Source: an uncultured Desulfatitalea sp.
Lineage (GTDB): Bacteria; Desulfobacterota; Desulfobacteria; Desulfobacterales; Desulfosarcinaceae
NCBI GenBank assembly: GCA_963668675.2
Contig: CAXXMB010000001.1
Coordinates: forward strand, 1,440,001-1,504,000
DNA length: 64,000 nucleotides
Direction of reading: 5' to 3'
Positions 10,494-21,734 of the stretch are shown piece after piece. The position numbers and the translations under genes are program-made. The number at the start of each line of letters is the position of its first letter. Position 1 is the stretch's first letter. The notes beneath the pieces are model-generated. The model did no database searches. It saw only the letters and a list, made by a program, of their open reading frames with translations, and had not been told where the DNA came from.

Positions 10494-11978
10494 ATGGGAA
10501 ATTCTGAAACAGCAACCGTTATCGAGCAGCGAAAAAGCAAACTGGAAACGTTACGCAAAGAAGGTATCAATCCCTTTCCAAGCGGTTTTCGAGTCGAACA
10601 TACTGTCAGTCAGGTACAAGAGGCCGTGGCGGCCAATGATGCTGAAGCTTTGGGTGAGATGCAGTTCACCGTTGCCGGTCGCATGATCGCCATCAACAGA
10701 TTCGGAAAGTCGGCGTTTGTTCGTTTCCGGGACCGAAGTGGTCAGATGCAGGCCTATATCCGCAAGGATAAGGTCGGATCGGATGCCTACGCACTCTTCA
10801 AGCGGTTCGATATTGGTGATTTTGTGGGGTTGACCGGAACCGTTTTTCAAACCAAGACTGGTGAATGGACGCTGTTGGCGTCCCATATTGCGCTGTTGAG
10901 CAAAGCGGTTCGGCCATTGCCGGAGAAATTTCATGGCTTGAAAGACCCTGAAAAGCGGTATCGCCGTCGCTATGTGGACTTGATCATGAATGCCGATGTG
11001 CGCCGCATCTTTGTAACCCGCAGCAAGGCCATCCAGTCCATCCGCCGGTTTTTCCTGGAGCAGGATTTCCTGGAGGTCGAAACCCCGATGATGCAGCCCA
11101 TTGCCGGCGGGGCGGAAGCGGCGCCTTTTGTCACCCACCACAACGCCCTGGACATGGATCTCTACCTGCGTATTGCCCCCGAACTCTATCTGAAAAGACT
11201 TGTGGTCGGCGGCTTTGAACGCGTGTTTGAAATCAACCGCAATTTCCGCAACGAAGGCGTCTCCACACAACACAATCCCGAATTCACCATGCTCGAGTTC
11301 TACCAAGCCTATGCAACCTATCACCATCTTATGGATGTGACCGAATCCCTGTTCGCCCGATTGGCAGAGGAGATATCGGGATCTTCCGCCATTTCGTATC
11401 AAGGAAACACCATCGATTTACAAAGCCCATGGCGCCGCATGACCATGACCGACTCTCTCGAGCAGTTGGGGGGAGTGGACCGTAAACTGCTCGGCGACCG
11501 TCAAGGGCTGATCGATTTTGCCACTGCCAAGGGCGTCCCGTTGACCAAAACCCGATCGGTAGGCAAAATCATCACCAAGCTCTTCGAGGCCCTGGTGGAG
11601 CCCCAGCTGATCCAACCCACATTCATCACCGGATATCCGGTGGAGGTCTCGCCCTTGTCGCGACGGAGTGATACCGAAGAGGGGCTCACCGAGCGCTTCG
11701 AACTGTTTATCGCCGGATTTGAAATCGCCAACGGGTTCTCGGAGCTCAATGACCCCGACGACCAGCGTAGTCGTTTCCTTGAACAGGTTCAAGACCGACA
11801 GGAGGGAAATGAAGAGGCGCATCTCATGGATGAGGATTACATCGAGGCGTTGGAGTATGGCATGCCCCCCACCGCAGGAGAAGGGATCGGGATCGACCGT
11901 TTGACCATGCTCATGACAGATGCCCCATCCATTCGGGAGGTTATCCTTTTTCCCCACATGAAGCCAAGGGGTGTGTAA
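10494..11978 (+). CDS. lysS: Lysine--tRNA ligase (class II)
   Basis: RPLPEKFHGL, YLRIAPELYLKRL, FRNEG, HNPEFT, YGMPPTAGEGIGIDRL. Confidence 0.98.
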   Translation: MGNSETATVIEQRKSKLETLRKEGINPFPSGFRVEHTVSQVQEAVAANDAEALGEMQFTVAGRMIAINRFGKSAFVRFRDRSGQMQAYIRKDKVGSDAYALFKRFDIGDFVGLTGTVFQTKTGEWTLLASHIALLSKAVRPLPEKFHGLKDPEKRYRRRYVDLIMNADVRRIFVTRSKAIQSIRRFFLEQDFLEVETPMMQPIAGGAEAAPFVTHHNALDMDLYLRIAPELYLKRLVVGGFERVFEINRNFRNEGVSTQHNPEFTMLEFYQAYATYHHLMDVTESLFARLAEEISGSSAISYQGNTIDLQSPWRRMTMTDSLEQLGGVDRKLLGDRQGLIDFATAKGVPLTKTRSVGKIITKLFEALVEPQLIQPTFITGYPVEVSPLSRRSDTEEGLTERFELFIAGFEIANGFSELNDPDDQRSRFLEQVQDRQEGNEEAHLMDEDYIEALEYGMPPTAGEGIGIDRLTMLMTDAPSIREVILFPHMKPRGV

Positions 11979-12048
11979 CCCGCGTCGAACGCCCTTTGGG
12001 GCCATTTCACAACTTGCAGGGGATGCTGATATGCCAGTCAAGGGCATA

Positions 12049-13284
12049 ATGCGTTTCGAACTATTCATCAGCCGGCGCTACTTTAAATCCAAACCCAAAG
12101 GTACACTTCTGTCGTTGATCAGCCTTTTGTCCATCGCCGGAGTGACGATAGGTGTGACCGCCCTTATCGTGGTGATCGGTGTGATGGCCGGATTCGAAAC
12201 AGACCTTAAAACCCGGATCATGGGAATTGAGCCTCATCTCGTGATTGACCGCAACGGAGAAGCGATTGCGGGCTATGAGAAAGTGGTCACCCTGGCCGAA
12301 TCGATCCCAGGTGTTCAGGCGGCATGGCCATTGGAGGAACTGCAGGTCATGCTCAAATCGGATGCCCGCGTAGCCATCGCCGTTATCAAAGGGGTCGACC
12401 CGGTCGCTGCCGGCAAAGGCCTTAAGCTGGAGCAATTGAGCGTACTCAATGTTCCACATGGCCCCAGCGAACGATTGCAGAACAGATCTCAGCTGCCTCC
12501 ACTGATCATGGGCCGGGATTTGGCTCGTAATCTTGGCCTGCTTAAGGGCGAGAGTCTGTTCGTCATATCCCCGCGCGGTAGACTGGCACCTGTGGGTTTT
12601 GTTCCTTATATGAAACGGTTTGTCCTATCGGATGTTTTCCGTACCGGGATGTATGAGTATGATGGCAGTTTGGCCTTTATAAGGCTGCACGATGCCCAGG
12701 CGTTGGCACAATCCAGAGGATCGGTGAGTGCCGTCGAAGTGCGCGTAGACAAGGCCCTTCAAAGCTTGACCATTAAAGAGAAGCTGGCCGCCCGGCTTGA
12801 CAGCGGATTTCGCATGCGCGACTGGTCGCAATTGAACAAAAACCTCTTTTCCGCACTGAAACTTGAAAAAGCGGCTATGTTTATCACGCTGACCCTTATC
12901 ACCCTTGTGGCCACTTTCAGCATCACCAGTTCGCTGGTTATGATGGTGATGGAGAAGATAAAAGATATAGCGATATTAAGAACGTTGGGCGCCACGAGCA
13001 CAAGCATCAGAAGAATCTTCGTCTTCCAGGGCATGCTCATCGGTATTATCGGTACGGTGTCGGGCGTCCTCCTTGGTGTCATTTTATGCTATCTGCAGAG
13101 CAGCTACGGCCTGATATCCCTTCCTGGGGATGTTTATTACATCACCGCACTTCCGGTGGATCTAAAGACCTTGGATGTGGTTCTCGTGTCGATTTCGGCC
13201 CTGACAATCAGTTTCCTGGCAACCCTCTACCCCGCACGACAGGCATCGCGGCTTCATCCGGTTGAGGCGATTCGGTATGGATGA
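12049..13284 (+). CDS. lolE: Lipoprotein-releasing ABC transporter permease (single LolC/E, LolF-type)
   Basis: [57 protein letters not shown]. Confidence 0.9.
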   Translation: MRFELFISRRYFKSKPKGTLLSLISLLSIAGVTIGVTALIVVIGVMAGFETDLKTRIMGIEPHLVIDRNGEAIAGYEKVVTLAESIPGVQAAWPLEELQVMLKSDARVAIAVIKGVDPVAAGKGLKLEQLSVLNVPHGPSERLQNRSQLPPLIMGRDLARNLGLLKGESLFVISPRGRLAPVGFVPYMKRFVLSDVFRTGMYEYDGSLAFIRLHDAQALAQSRGSVSAVEVRVDKALQSLTIKEKLAARLDSGFRMRDWSQLNKNLFSALKLEKAAMFITLTLITLVATFSITSSLVMMVMEKIKDIAILRTLGATSTSIRRIFVFQGMLIGIIGTVSGVLLGVILCYLQSSYGLISLPGDVYYITALPVDLKTLDVVLVSISALTISFLATLYPARQASRLHPVEAIRYG

Positions 13285-14008
13285 TCGACGAAACAACTCC
13301 CCCTCGACCTGCCCCTCCACCCGGGAGAATTCAGATGTACTTTTGTCGGCCTGTGGCTTGAGCAAAAGTTTTCAGAGCAGCAAAGCAAAGCTTGGGGTGC
13401 TCGACAATCTGGATCTGACGCTATCGAGAAACGAAACCATCGCTATCGTCGGGGCGTCGGGTATCGGCAAATCAACACTGCTGCATATCCTCGGGACTTT
13501 GGATCGTCCCGATAAGGGCAGTCTGTTTTTCCAGGGAGAAGATGTTTTCCAATACAACGAGCAGCGACTTGCAAAATTCCGCAACCAGACCATGGGGTTT
13601 GTTTTTCAGTTCCACCACCTTCTGCCCGAATTTACAGCATTGGAGAACACATTGATGCCGGCGCTGATTCAAGGTGTGGAGAAGCGACGAGCAGAACAGA
13701 TGGCGGACGCCATCCTAACACGTGTCGGCCTCTCCGGTCGTTTGCACCACAAAGCGACAGATCTATCCGGCGGAGAGCAGCAGCGCGTTGCCCTGGCCCG
13801 CGCTCTGGTGCTTAGCCCTTCGATAATATTTGCTGATGAACCGACCGGCAATCTGGACAAAAAGAACAGCGAACAGATCCATGAGCTTTTGCTCGAGTTG
13901 AACCGTGAAATGGGAATGGCACTGGTTGTCGTAACACACAACATGGAATTGGCCGATGTGATGGCCCGCCAGGCCACTATCGTAGACGGACGGCTGGCGT
14001 ATATTTAA
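13277..14008 (+). CDS. lolD: Lipoprotein-releasing ABC transporter ATPase
   Basis: [40 protein letters not shown]. Confidence 0.93.
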   Translation: MDDRRNNSPSTCPSTRENSDVLLSACGLSKSFQSSKAKLGVLDNLDLTLSRNETIAIVGASGIGKSTLLHILGTLDRPDKGSLFFQGEDVFQYNEQRLAKFRNQTMGFVFQFHHLLPEFTALENTLMPALIQGVEKRRAEQMADAILTRVGLSGRLHHKATDLSGGEQQRVALARALVLSPSIIFADEPTGNLDKKNSEQIHELLLELNREMGMALVVVTHNMELADVMARQATIVDGRLAYI

Positions 14009-14048
14009 TACCTCTGCCGTATCAATTGACGGGTTATCAGGCGATCCG

Positions 14049-16733
14049 ATGACCACTTTGAAAAGGTTGATTTTCTTGAACAGAGCACTCTGGTTTGCCT
14101 TATTAGTTGTCGCCCTCTCCTGCCCCCACAACGCCCTGACGGCGGACGACACATCACCAACCGTCCTGGTGATGCCCTTGCGCATTAACGCTGACGCAAA
14201 TGTTGCCTACCTGAGCAGTCAAATCGCAACGGTTCTGGCCGGCCAACTCGAAAAAGAGGGGGCGGCAGCCGTTACACCAGAGGAGGCGAATCGGGACGCA
14301 GCCTTGTCTGCGGTGAAGGAGGGCCAGGAGAAGATCAAGGAGATAGCGCATACCTATGGCGCCGACCAGGTTGTTTGGGGCAGCTTCACCTTGATCGGAA
14401 ACGATTTCAGTTTAGACATGCAATTGATGGAAGTTGCTGCGGATTCAACGCCCAAAAGATTCTTCTCCCAGGGTCGCAATCTGGAAAACCTGATTACCGT
14501 CACCAATGAACTGGCCGGTCAAATCGGCCTGAAGCTGTTTCGGCGCCAACTGGTAAGTGACGTGAGCATTGAAGGACAACAACGCATCGAATCTGATGCC
14601 ATTTTACGCGTCATCAAAACAAAAAGCGGAAGCGTCTTTAAATCATCCGCTTTATCGGCGGATCTGCGCGCTATCTACGCCATGGGCTACTTCGATGATG
14701 TTAAGGTCGAAGCGCATCCGGATGGAAACGGCAAACGCGTCGTTTTTCACGTCAAGGAGAAACCGACCATCAGGCGTGTCCAATTAAAAGGCAACTCCTA
14801 TATCGAGGAGGAAGATATTACGGAGAACCTGACCATCAGTACCGGCGCGATACTGAATATTTACAAGATACGCAGCAATATCGATCAGATTGAATCCCTT
14901 TATAAGGAGAAAAACTATCATAAAGTCCATGTCGACTACGAGATAGAACCGCTAAGCAACAACCAGGCGGACCTGACTTTCATCATCGACGAAGGCCCCA
15001 AGCTCTATGTGACCGACATCGTTTTCGATGGCAACAAGGCGTTCACGGGCAAGGCGTTGAGTAAGGAGATGGACCTTTCCGAGAAAGGCATCTTTTACTG
15101 GCTCACCTCTTCCGGCGATCTTGATCGGGTGACTCTGGATCAGGATATTGCCCGCTTGAAAGCGTTTTACAGCAACAGCGGCTATATCAACGTCCGCATC
15201 GGCGATCCAAAAGTGGATATTCAGGAGAAGGGCATCCGTATCACCATCAAAATCGACGAGGGTGAGCGGTATAAAGTGGGCCGGGTGGATGTGGCCGGCG
15301 ACTTGATTGTCCCCAAAGAGGAGTTGCTGCAGCAGCTCGATATCACCGTGGAGGAGTATCTCAACAGGGATAAAGTGAGAAGCGACACGCTGAAACTTAC
15401 CGATTTTTATTCTGACTACGGTTACGCCTATGCCGATGTTTCCCCGGCCATCGACCAGGACCAGAAGACGTTGGTGGCCAATATCACCTTTAAAATCAAA
15501 AAAGGTGAACAGGTCTATTTTGAAAAGATCCTCATCAATGGCAATACCATCACCAGAGACAAGGTGATCCGTCGGGAATTGCATGTCCACGAACAGGGGC
15601 TATTCAGCGGCAAAGCCCTGAAGCGAAGCATCCGAAACCTCTATCGACTCGACTATTTTGAGGATATCAAGGTCGACACCATACGCGGCAGCGCCGACGA
15701 CAAGATGATTCTCAAACTGGACGTCACCGAAAAACCCACCGGCGCCTTCAGTTTCGGCGCAGGCTACAGCTCCGAAGAGGAGGTGTTTCTCACCGGTTCG
15801 GTCTCCAAACGCAACTTTCTCGGCCACGGGCAGACGCTCAACCTTTCAGGCCAATATGGCAAGCGGACCACCAACTTTGTATTGAGCTTCTCCGAGCCCT
15901 ACATCATGGACACACTTTTGAAGGGCAGCGTCAAGGCATATAATCAAAATAAAGAGTACGACGAATATGATCGCGACAGCAAAGGCGGTGGGATCACATT
16001 CGGCTATACGGTTTTCGACTACACGAATCTCTATTGGGGATACAACCTTGATCAGAGCGATATCAACATTTACGAGGAAGATCGGACGGTGGTATCCGAC
16101 AACATCAAAGAGCTCGAGGGAGACAACCTGACCAGCAGCACTAACCTCAGCCTGGTATACGACTCCCGTGATCGGACTTTCAACACCACGGAAGGGTCCA
16201 AGCATCTGGTCTCATTTGAGTATGCCGGTCTTGGCGGCGACATAGGATTCAACAAGTATGTGGGGCAAACCATGTGGTATTTCCCACTGATCAAACCGGT
16301 AATCGGTTTTGCCAACGCCAAAATCGGATTTGTACACAAAAACAGCGACTCTAAGCTGCTGCCGGATTATGAAAAATTCTACTTAGGAGGCATCAACTCC
16401 CTGCGCGGTTTCGGATACCGGGGCGTCAGCCTGACGGAAATCAACGAGGACGGCGTAGAGGTCGATATCGGGGCTGAAAAAATGGTCCAGTTCAACTTAG
16501 AGATCATCTTCCCCATCGTGGCCGATGCGGGTGTCAACGGTGTGCTCTTCTACGACACCGGCAACGTCTACGATGGCAACATCGACCTGACCGACATGCG
16601 CGAAAGTGCGGGGGTGGGTATTCGATGGAACTCCCCGTTCGCCCCCATACGTCTGGAGTATGGATGGATACTGGATCGGCGGGAAGGAGAGCAGGCCGGA
16701 GACTGGGAATTCACCTTGGGGGGATCTTTTTAG
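14049..16733 (+). CDS. bamA: Outer membrane protein assembly factor BamA with an extra N-terminal domain
   Basis: POTRA repeats, TRDKVIRRE, FYLGGINSLRGF, C-terminal WEFTLGGSF. Confidence 0.96.
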   Translation: MTTLKRLIFLNRALWFALLVVALSCPHNALTADDTSPTVLVMPLRINADANVAYLSSQIATVLAGQLEKEGAAAVTPEEANRDAALSAVKEGQEKIKEIAHTYGADQVVWGSFTLIGNDFSLDMQLMEVAADSTPKRFFSQGRNLENLITVTNELAGQIGLKLFRRQLVSDVSIEGQQRIESDAILRVIKTKSGSVFKSSALSADLRAIYAMGYFDDVKVEAHPDGNGKRVVFHVKEKPTIRRVQLKGNSYIEEEDITENLTISTGAILNIYKIRSNIDQIESLYKEKNYHKVHVDYEIEPLSNNQADLTFIIDEGPKLYVTDIVFDGNKAFTGKALSKEMDLSEKGIFYWLTSSGDLDRVTLDQDIARLKAFYSNSGYINVRIGDPKVDIQEKGIRITIKIDEGERYKVGRVDVAGDLIVPKEELLQQLDITVEEYLNRDKVRSDTLKLTDFYSDYGYAYADVSPAIDQDQKTLVANITFKIKKGEQVYFEKILINGNTITRDKVIRRELHVHEQGLFSGKALKRSIRNLYRLDYFEDIKVDTIRGSADDKMILKLDVTEKPTGAFSFGAGYSSEEEVFLTGSVSKRNFLGHGQTLNLSGQYGKRTTNFVLSFSEPYIMDTLLKGSVKAYNQNKEYDEYDRDSKGGGITFGYTVFDYTNLYWGYNLDQSDINIYEEDRTVVSDNIKELEGDNLTSSTNLSLVYDSRDRTFNTTEGSKHLVSFEYAGLGGDIGFNKYVGQTMWYFPLIKPVIGFANAKIGFVHKNSDSKLLPDYEKFYLGGINSLRGFGYRGVSLTEINEDGVEVDIGAEKMVQFNLEIIFPIVADAGVNGVLFYDTGNVYDGNIDLTDMRESAGVGIRWNSPFAPIRLEYGWILDRREGEQAGDWEFTLGGSF

Positions 16734-16928
16734 GGCATTCTCCATCAGTTGCGGCGATACAAGGAGCGACTGTTTGCCATCGATCCGGATTTGAGCTAAT
16801 GATGGCAGTAACATCTATAGAAACAAATTGCATTTGAGATCCGCATCGGCAAATCGTCTATCAACGTATACCCAATGCCGAATGTGGATTCAAAAAATGA
16901 CCTGAGAAAACTTAGCTGTGGAGGTACC

Positions 16929-17492
16929 ATGCGAATTCGTAAATCCGTGATAGTGACGATGGCCATCTTTGCTTTTCTTTTGACCAATGGTGCGACATCC
17001 GGCTTTTGCGCCGATGTTGCCAAAATCGGAACGATCAATTTTCAAAAAATCTTTGAAAATTCAAATGGCGGCAAGGCGGTCAAAGCGCTGATCAATACGG
17101 AGGGGCAGCGCATGGAGCAGGACCTCCAACAGAAGGGTGAAGAGATAAAGGCGTTGGAGAGCCGCCTTGGAAAAGACGCCGGCATTATGAGCAAAGAGGC
17201 CCGCGAGGAACTCAAATGGGAACTGGATCGCAAGATTGCAGATGTCAAAGCCCTGAAAAAAAAGTATGACAGGAAAATACAGGAGATGCAGGTCCGATTG
17301 GTCAATGATGTGCGCCAGAAGGTCCTTGACCTGATCCAATCCTACGGCAAAAAAGAGGGTTATCTATTGATCGTCGAACATATCAGCGTCGTTTACGCCC
17401 CGGGCAACCTCGATATAACCGATGTCATTATCAAACTCTATAATGAGCAGTATGCCAAACGTGGAAAACAGAATCAGGGTCCCAAAGGGTAG
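16929..17492 (+). CDS. skp: Periplasmic chaperone Skp/OmpH
   Basis: Signal peptide, KIGTINFQKIF, coiled coil, DITDVII; between bamA and lpxD; RBS GGAGGT. Confidence 0.92.
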   Translation: MRIRKSVIVTMAIFAFLLTNGATSGFCADVAKIGTINFQKIFENSNGGKAVKALINTEGQRMEQDLQQKGEEIKALESRLGKDAGIMSKEAREELKWELDRKIADVKALKKKYDRKIQEMQVRLVNDVRQKVLDLIQSYGKKEGYLLIVEHISVVYAPGNLDITDVIIKLYNEQYAKRGKQNQGPKG

Positions 17493-17498
17493 CGAACA

Positions 17499-18539
17499 AT
17501 GCGGATGAGCTTAAGTGAAATCTCGCAACTGGTCCAGGGGCATCTCATAGGCGATCCAGATTGCATCATTGAAGGCGTGGGGCCAATCAGCGAGGCCCAA
17601 AAGGGCGATATCAGTTTTGCCGAGAAGGGCGAGGCCCTCAAGCAGCTGGATCGCACCAACGCGACTGCAGCTCTTGTACCGCGCAGGGTCACTGAAGCGC
17701 CCATCCCTATCGTACAAGTAGACAACCCACGTAACGCTTTTGCCAAGTTACTAAGACATTTCCATCCCTTGCGAAAACCGCAACCAGGTGTCCATCCGAC
17801 GGCCTCGATCGGCGACAACTGCCGATTGGGCAGGGGCGTATCGATCGGAGCCGGAACAGTCGTTGGAAACAACGTCACTCTGGCCGATGGTGTTGTCCTG
17901 TTTCCCTTGGTGGTTATAGGTGATGACGTTACAATCGGGCGGGAAAGCTACATCTACCCCCATGTGTCGATACTTGAACGCTGCCGCATCGGCCGACGCG
18001 TGATTATCCATGCCGGAACCGTCATCGGAAGTGACGGTTTCGGTTTTGTGCAGGAAGCCGGCCAAAACAAGAAAATTCCACAGATCGGCTTCGTTCAAAT
18101 TGATGACGATGTGGAGATCGGTGCCGCAAATACCATCGATAGGGCCACTTTCGGCAAAACGTGGCTTCAGAAAGGGGTAAAGACGGACAACCAGGTCCAC
18201 ATCGCCCACAATGTGGTGGTAGGTGAGCACACCCTGCTTCTTGCCCAATTGGGTATCTCGGGCAGTACGACTATTGGGCATCATACCATCATCGCGGGCC
18301 AGGCAGGTATTTCGGACCATATAACCATAGGCAATGGGGTTATGGTCGGAGGTCAGACAGGAGTAGGGCAATCGATACCTGATGGCAAAATCGTATCCGG
18401 CGGCTCAGCCGGTATGGACCACAAGATATGGCTGCGGCTACAAAGGGTCCTGCCCAGGCTTCCGGATATTCACAAGCAGATAGGAAAAATGAAGAAGAGA
18501 ATTGCGGAACTTGAAAAGAAGGCCACGGAAAAACCATAG
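17499..18539 (+). CDS. lpxD: UDP-3-O-acylglucosamine N-acyltransferase
   Basis: Hexapeptide repeats, IGSDGFGF, TIDRAT, DNQVHIAHNV. Confidence 0.96.
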   Translation: MRMSLSEISQLVQGHLIGDPDCIIEGVGPISEAQKGDISFAEKGEALKQLDRTNATAALVPRRVTEAPIPIVQVDNPRNAFAKLLRHFHPLRKPQPGVHPTASIGDNCRLGRGVSIGAGTVVGNNVTLADGVVLFPLVVIGDDVTIGRESYIYPHVSILERCRIGRRVIIHAGTVIGSDGFGFVQEAGQNKKIPQIGFVQIDDDVEIGAANTIDRATFGKTWLQKGVKTDNQVHIAHNVVVGEHTLLLAQLGISGSTTIGHHTIIAGQAGISDHITIGNGVMVGGQTGVGQSIPDGKIVSGGSAGMDHKIWLRLQRVLPRLPDIHKQIGKMKKRIAELEKKATEKP

Positions 18540-18592
18540 TCCTCCTATCGAATACACAGCTCCATAGCAAAACCACATCAAAGGAATAAAAA

Positions 18593-19036
18593 ATGGACAA
18601 TCCGATAGATATCAATCGAATCCTTGACTTTCTCCCCCACCGATACCCTTTTCTGCTGGTCGATCGGGTCCTTGATTGGGTGCCGAACAAAAAAATTTCG
18701 GCACTGAAGAATGTCACCATCAACGAACCGTTTTTCCAGGGCCATTTCCCGGGCGCCCCTATTATGCCGGGTGTATTGATCGTTGAGGCGCTGGCCCAAG
18801 CTGGCGGGGTGCTCTTCATGTCTAATCGAGATAAAATATCCGACAATACCCTTATGTACTTCATGGGATTGGACAAGGTTAAATTCAGAAAACAGGTGAT
18901 CCCTGGGGATCAACTTATTCTTGACGTCGAAATCATTAAACAGCGCGCTAAGGTGATCAAATTGGCGGGCGTCGCAAAGGTCGACGGCCAAGTTGCGGCT
19001 GAAGCAGAATTAATGGCAACTTTCGAGGAAAAATAA
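18593..19036 (+). CDS. fabZ: 3-hydroxyacyl-ACP dehydratase
   Basis: [30 protein letters not shown]. Confidence 0.97.
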   Translation: MDNPIDINRILDFLPHRYPFLLVDRVLDWVPNKKISALKNVTINEPFFQGHFPGAPIMPGVLIVEALAQAGGVLFMSNRDKISDNTLMYFMGLDKVKFRKQVIPGDQLILDVEIIKQRAKVIKLAGVAKVDGQVAAEAELMATFEEK

Positions 19037-19037
19037 A

Positions 19038-19808
19038 ATGATTCATCCGACTGCAATAATTAGCGATAAAGCCCATATCGGCACCGATGTCAGCGTAGGG
19101 CCATACTCAGTGATCGGCGACAATGTCACCATTGGACAGGGAACTCGAATCTCAGCGCATGTGGTTATCGATCCCTATGTGGAGATCGGCGCTAACTGTA
19201 TAATCTTTCAATTTGCCGCAATAGGGGCACAACCCCAGGCACTTAAATTCAAGGATGAGGAGACCTGGGTAAAAATTGGAGATGGGTGCTTGATCCGTGA
19301 GTTTGTCACAATCCATCGGGGTACCGGCAGTGGAGGCGGCATTACGCAAGTCGGGGATAATTGCCTCTTGATGAATTATGCCCACGTAGCCCACGACTGC
19401 AAAGTGGGCAACAGTGTCATCATGTCGAACAACGCAACCCTGGCCGGCCATATTGCCATCGAAGACCATGCTATTCTGGGCGGCCTGGTGGCTATCCACC
19501 AGTTCGTTCGTATTGGGGAATACGCCTACATCGGAGGGAAAGCAGCCGTTGTCAAAGATATTCCCCCTTTTGTGATTGCCTCGGGTGACCGTGCGAAGCT
19601 GCATGGCCTGAACAAAGTGGGGTTGCAGCGGCACGGTTTCTCCCCCCTTGCGGTAACCCAGCTCAAGAAAGCCTATCGACTCATCTTCCGCTTCGGATTG
19701 ACCTTGAACGAGGCCATCGAACGCGTTGAAGCAGAGGTAGAGCCGCTGCCCGAAGTTAAAAAACTTATCGCCTTTATCAAATCATCAGAGCGCGGCATTA
19801 CCCGATAA
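19038..19808 (+). CDS. lpxA: Acyl-ACP--UDP-N-acetylglucosamine acyltransferase
   Basis: IHPTAII, IREFVTIHRGT, HVAHDC, LAGH, HQF. Confidence 0.97.
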   Translation: MIHPTAIISDKAHIGTDVSVGPYSVIGDNVTIGQGTRISAHVVIDPYVEIGANCIIFQFAAIGAQPQALKFKDEETWVKIGDGCLIREFVTIHRGTGSGGGITQVGDNCLLMNYAHVAHDCKVGNSVIMSNNATLAGHIAIEDHAILGGLVAIHQFVRIGEYAYIGGKAAVVKDIPPFVIASGDRAKLHGLNKVGLQRHGFSPLAVTQLKKAYRLIFRFGLTLNEAIERVEAEVEPLPEVKKLIAFIKSSERGITR

Positions 19809-19830
19809 GGGGCTGCAATCGAGCAAGCCA

Positions 19831-20667
19831 ATGAGACAAAAAATCGGCTTAATCGCCGGCAACGGCCAATTTCCGCTGCTCATCGCCCAAGCCGCCCGAA
19901 GCAAGGGATGGGAGGTGTGTGCGGTCGGGTACCAGGGTGAAACCGACCCTCAGTTAGCTGACCATGTGACTGTCCTTGAGTGGCTCTATCTGGGGCAGAT
20001 CAAAAAAATGATCAAATTCTTCCGTGGCAACGGCATCAAAGATGCGGTCATGATCGGAGGGGTGACCAAAACCAAAATGTTTACCAATGTCCGACCCGAC
20101 ACGAAGGCCATCAGCCTTATAGCCGGTATGCGCCATACGCACGATGACGCCATTTTGAGGGCGTTTGCCGATCTCCTTGAAAAGGAGGGCATTCGTATCC
20201 ATGCTTCGACCTTTCTGTTACCCGAACTGCTTGCCCCGGCAGGTATCTGGACTCGGCGAAAACCGTCTCGCTCGGAACTCGAAGACATACGCCTGGGATG
20301 GAAGATTGCCAAAGAGATCGGAAGGTTGGATATTGGCCAGTGTGTGGTGGTGGCGGGTGGCACCATATTGGCTGTCGAAGCAATAGAGGGTACGGATGCG
20401 GCCATCACCCGCGGCGGTGCCCTGGCAAAGGGAGAGGCAATTGTCGTTAAGGTGTGCAAGCCCAATCAGGATACCCGCTTCGACATACCGGCGATCGGTC
20501 AGAATACGGTGGAGACCATGCACAAGGCAGAAATCAAATCCCTTGCGGTTGAGGCGGGCAAGGCCGTTGTGTTCGACCGGGATACGATGATCCAATATGC
20601 AAATCAGTGCGGCATGACCATCATCGCGCTCAGCGAAGAGGATGTCAAAAGAGCACGCACCCCCTGA
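19831..20667 (+). CDS. lpxI: UDP-2,3-diacylglucosamine diphosphatase LpxI
   Basis: IGLIAGNGQFP, DIGQ, AVEAIEGTD, QDTRFDIPAIG. Confidence 0.93.
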   Translation: MRQKIGLIAGNGQFPLLIAQAARSKGWEVCAVGYQGETDPQLADHVTVLEWLYLGQIKKMIKFFRGNGIKDAVMIGGVTKTKMFTNVRPDTKAISLIAGMRHTHDDAILRAFADLLEKEGIRIHASTFLLPELLAPAGIWTRRKPSRSELEDIRLGWKIAKEIGRLDIGQCVVVAGGTILAVEAIEGTDAAITRGGALAKGEAIVVKVCKPNQDTRFDIPAIGQNTVETMHKAEIKSLAVEAGKAVVFDRDTMIQYANQCGMTIIALSEEDVKRARTP

Positions 20668-20732
20668 CCATTTTCATTAATACGAGCCCTGAATCCCATA
20701 ACCCTTCAACACCTTCACAGTGGAACAGACAC

Positions 20733-21722
20733 ATGACTGCTAAAACAACACGATCTTCCGGCAATGGGGCCAAACTGCGCCTGGGCGTCGTAGGCGTTGG
20801 ATATCTGGGAAAATTTCATGCTGAAAAGTATGCCCGAATGCCGGATGTGGAGTTGGTGGGTGTGGTCGACAGCAGTAAAAGTCAGGCTGACGAAATCGCA
20901 AAAAATCTGGGGACCCAGGCATTCTACGACCACAAGGAACTCATCGACCACCTGGATGCCGTCAGCATTGCTGTGCCTACTGAATATCACTACGAGGTCA
21001 GCAAGGATTTCCTTAATCACGATGTGGATGTCCTGATTGAAAAACCGATGACCTCTACATTGGAACAGGCGGATAAATTGTTAGCGTTGGCCGAACAGAG
21101 AGGCTGTATTATACAGGTCGGCCATCTGGAACGATACAACCCTGCGGTGGTTGCGCTACAGGACGTGGTCGACAGCCCCCGCTTCATCGAATCCCATCGA
21201 CTGAGCATATTCAAGGAGCGCGGACTTGATGTGAGCGTCGTACTCGATTTGATGATCCATGACATCGACATCATCTTAAACTTCGTCCGCTCCAAAATTA
21301 AAAACATATATGCAGCGGGCGTTCCGGTAATATCGGACAATGCAGATATCGCCAATGCGCGCCTGGAATTTGAAAACGGCTGCATCGCCAATGTTACCGC
21401 CAGCCGTATCTCAATGAAAAACGAGCGTAAAATTAGAATGTTTCAAAAAAATGCCTACGTTTCGGTCGATTTTGCCAAGCGCGAAATCACTGTTGTTCAT
21501 CCGGACGGCACACCGAATACAGGCATCATCCCCGGCATGACCGTGGATCAGCGCTGTTTTTCGCAAGCCGATGCCCTGGATGATGAGCTCAAATCGTTCG
21601 TCAAAGCGGTGATACAGCGCCAATCCCCTGAAGTCACAGGGCAAATGGGACGTGACGCACTGAAAATCGCGTTAAGCATCATGGATCAGATCAATCAAAC
21701 CCGTGACCAACTCCTCAAATAG
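20733..21722 (+). CDS. gnnA: Gfo/Idh/MocA oxidoreductase, GnnA-like (UDP-GlcNAc 3-dehydrogenase)
   Basis: GVGYLG, EKP, QVGHLERYNP, DVSVVLDLMIHDID; located between lpxA/lpxI and lpxB. Family certain, GnnA activity inferred from position. Confidence 0.65.
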   Translation: MTAKTTRSSGNGAKLRLGVVGVGYLGKFHAEKYARMPDVELVGVVDSSKSQADEIAKNLGTQAFYDHKELIDHLDAVSIAVPTEYHYEVSKDFLNHDVDVLIEKPMTSTLEQADKLLALAEQRGCIIQVGHLERYNPAVVALQDVVDSPRFIESHRLSIFKERGLDVSVVLDLMIHDIDIILNFVRSKIKNIYAAGVPVISDNADIANARLEFENGCIANVTASRISMKNERKIRMFQKNAYVSVDFAKREITVVHPDGTPNTGIIPGMTVDQRCFSQADALDDELKSFVKAVIQRQSPEVTGQMGRDALKIALSIMDQINQTRDQLLK

Positions 21723-21734
21723 AGCAGTGCCCCA

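Noticed and set aside
10551..12068. 283-aa and 216-aa minus-strand ORFs
   Set aside because: Antisense to lysS; no recognisable features
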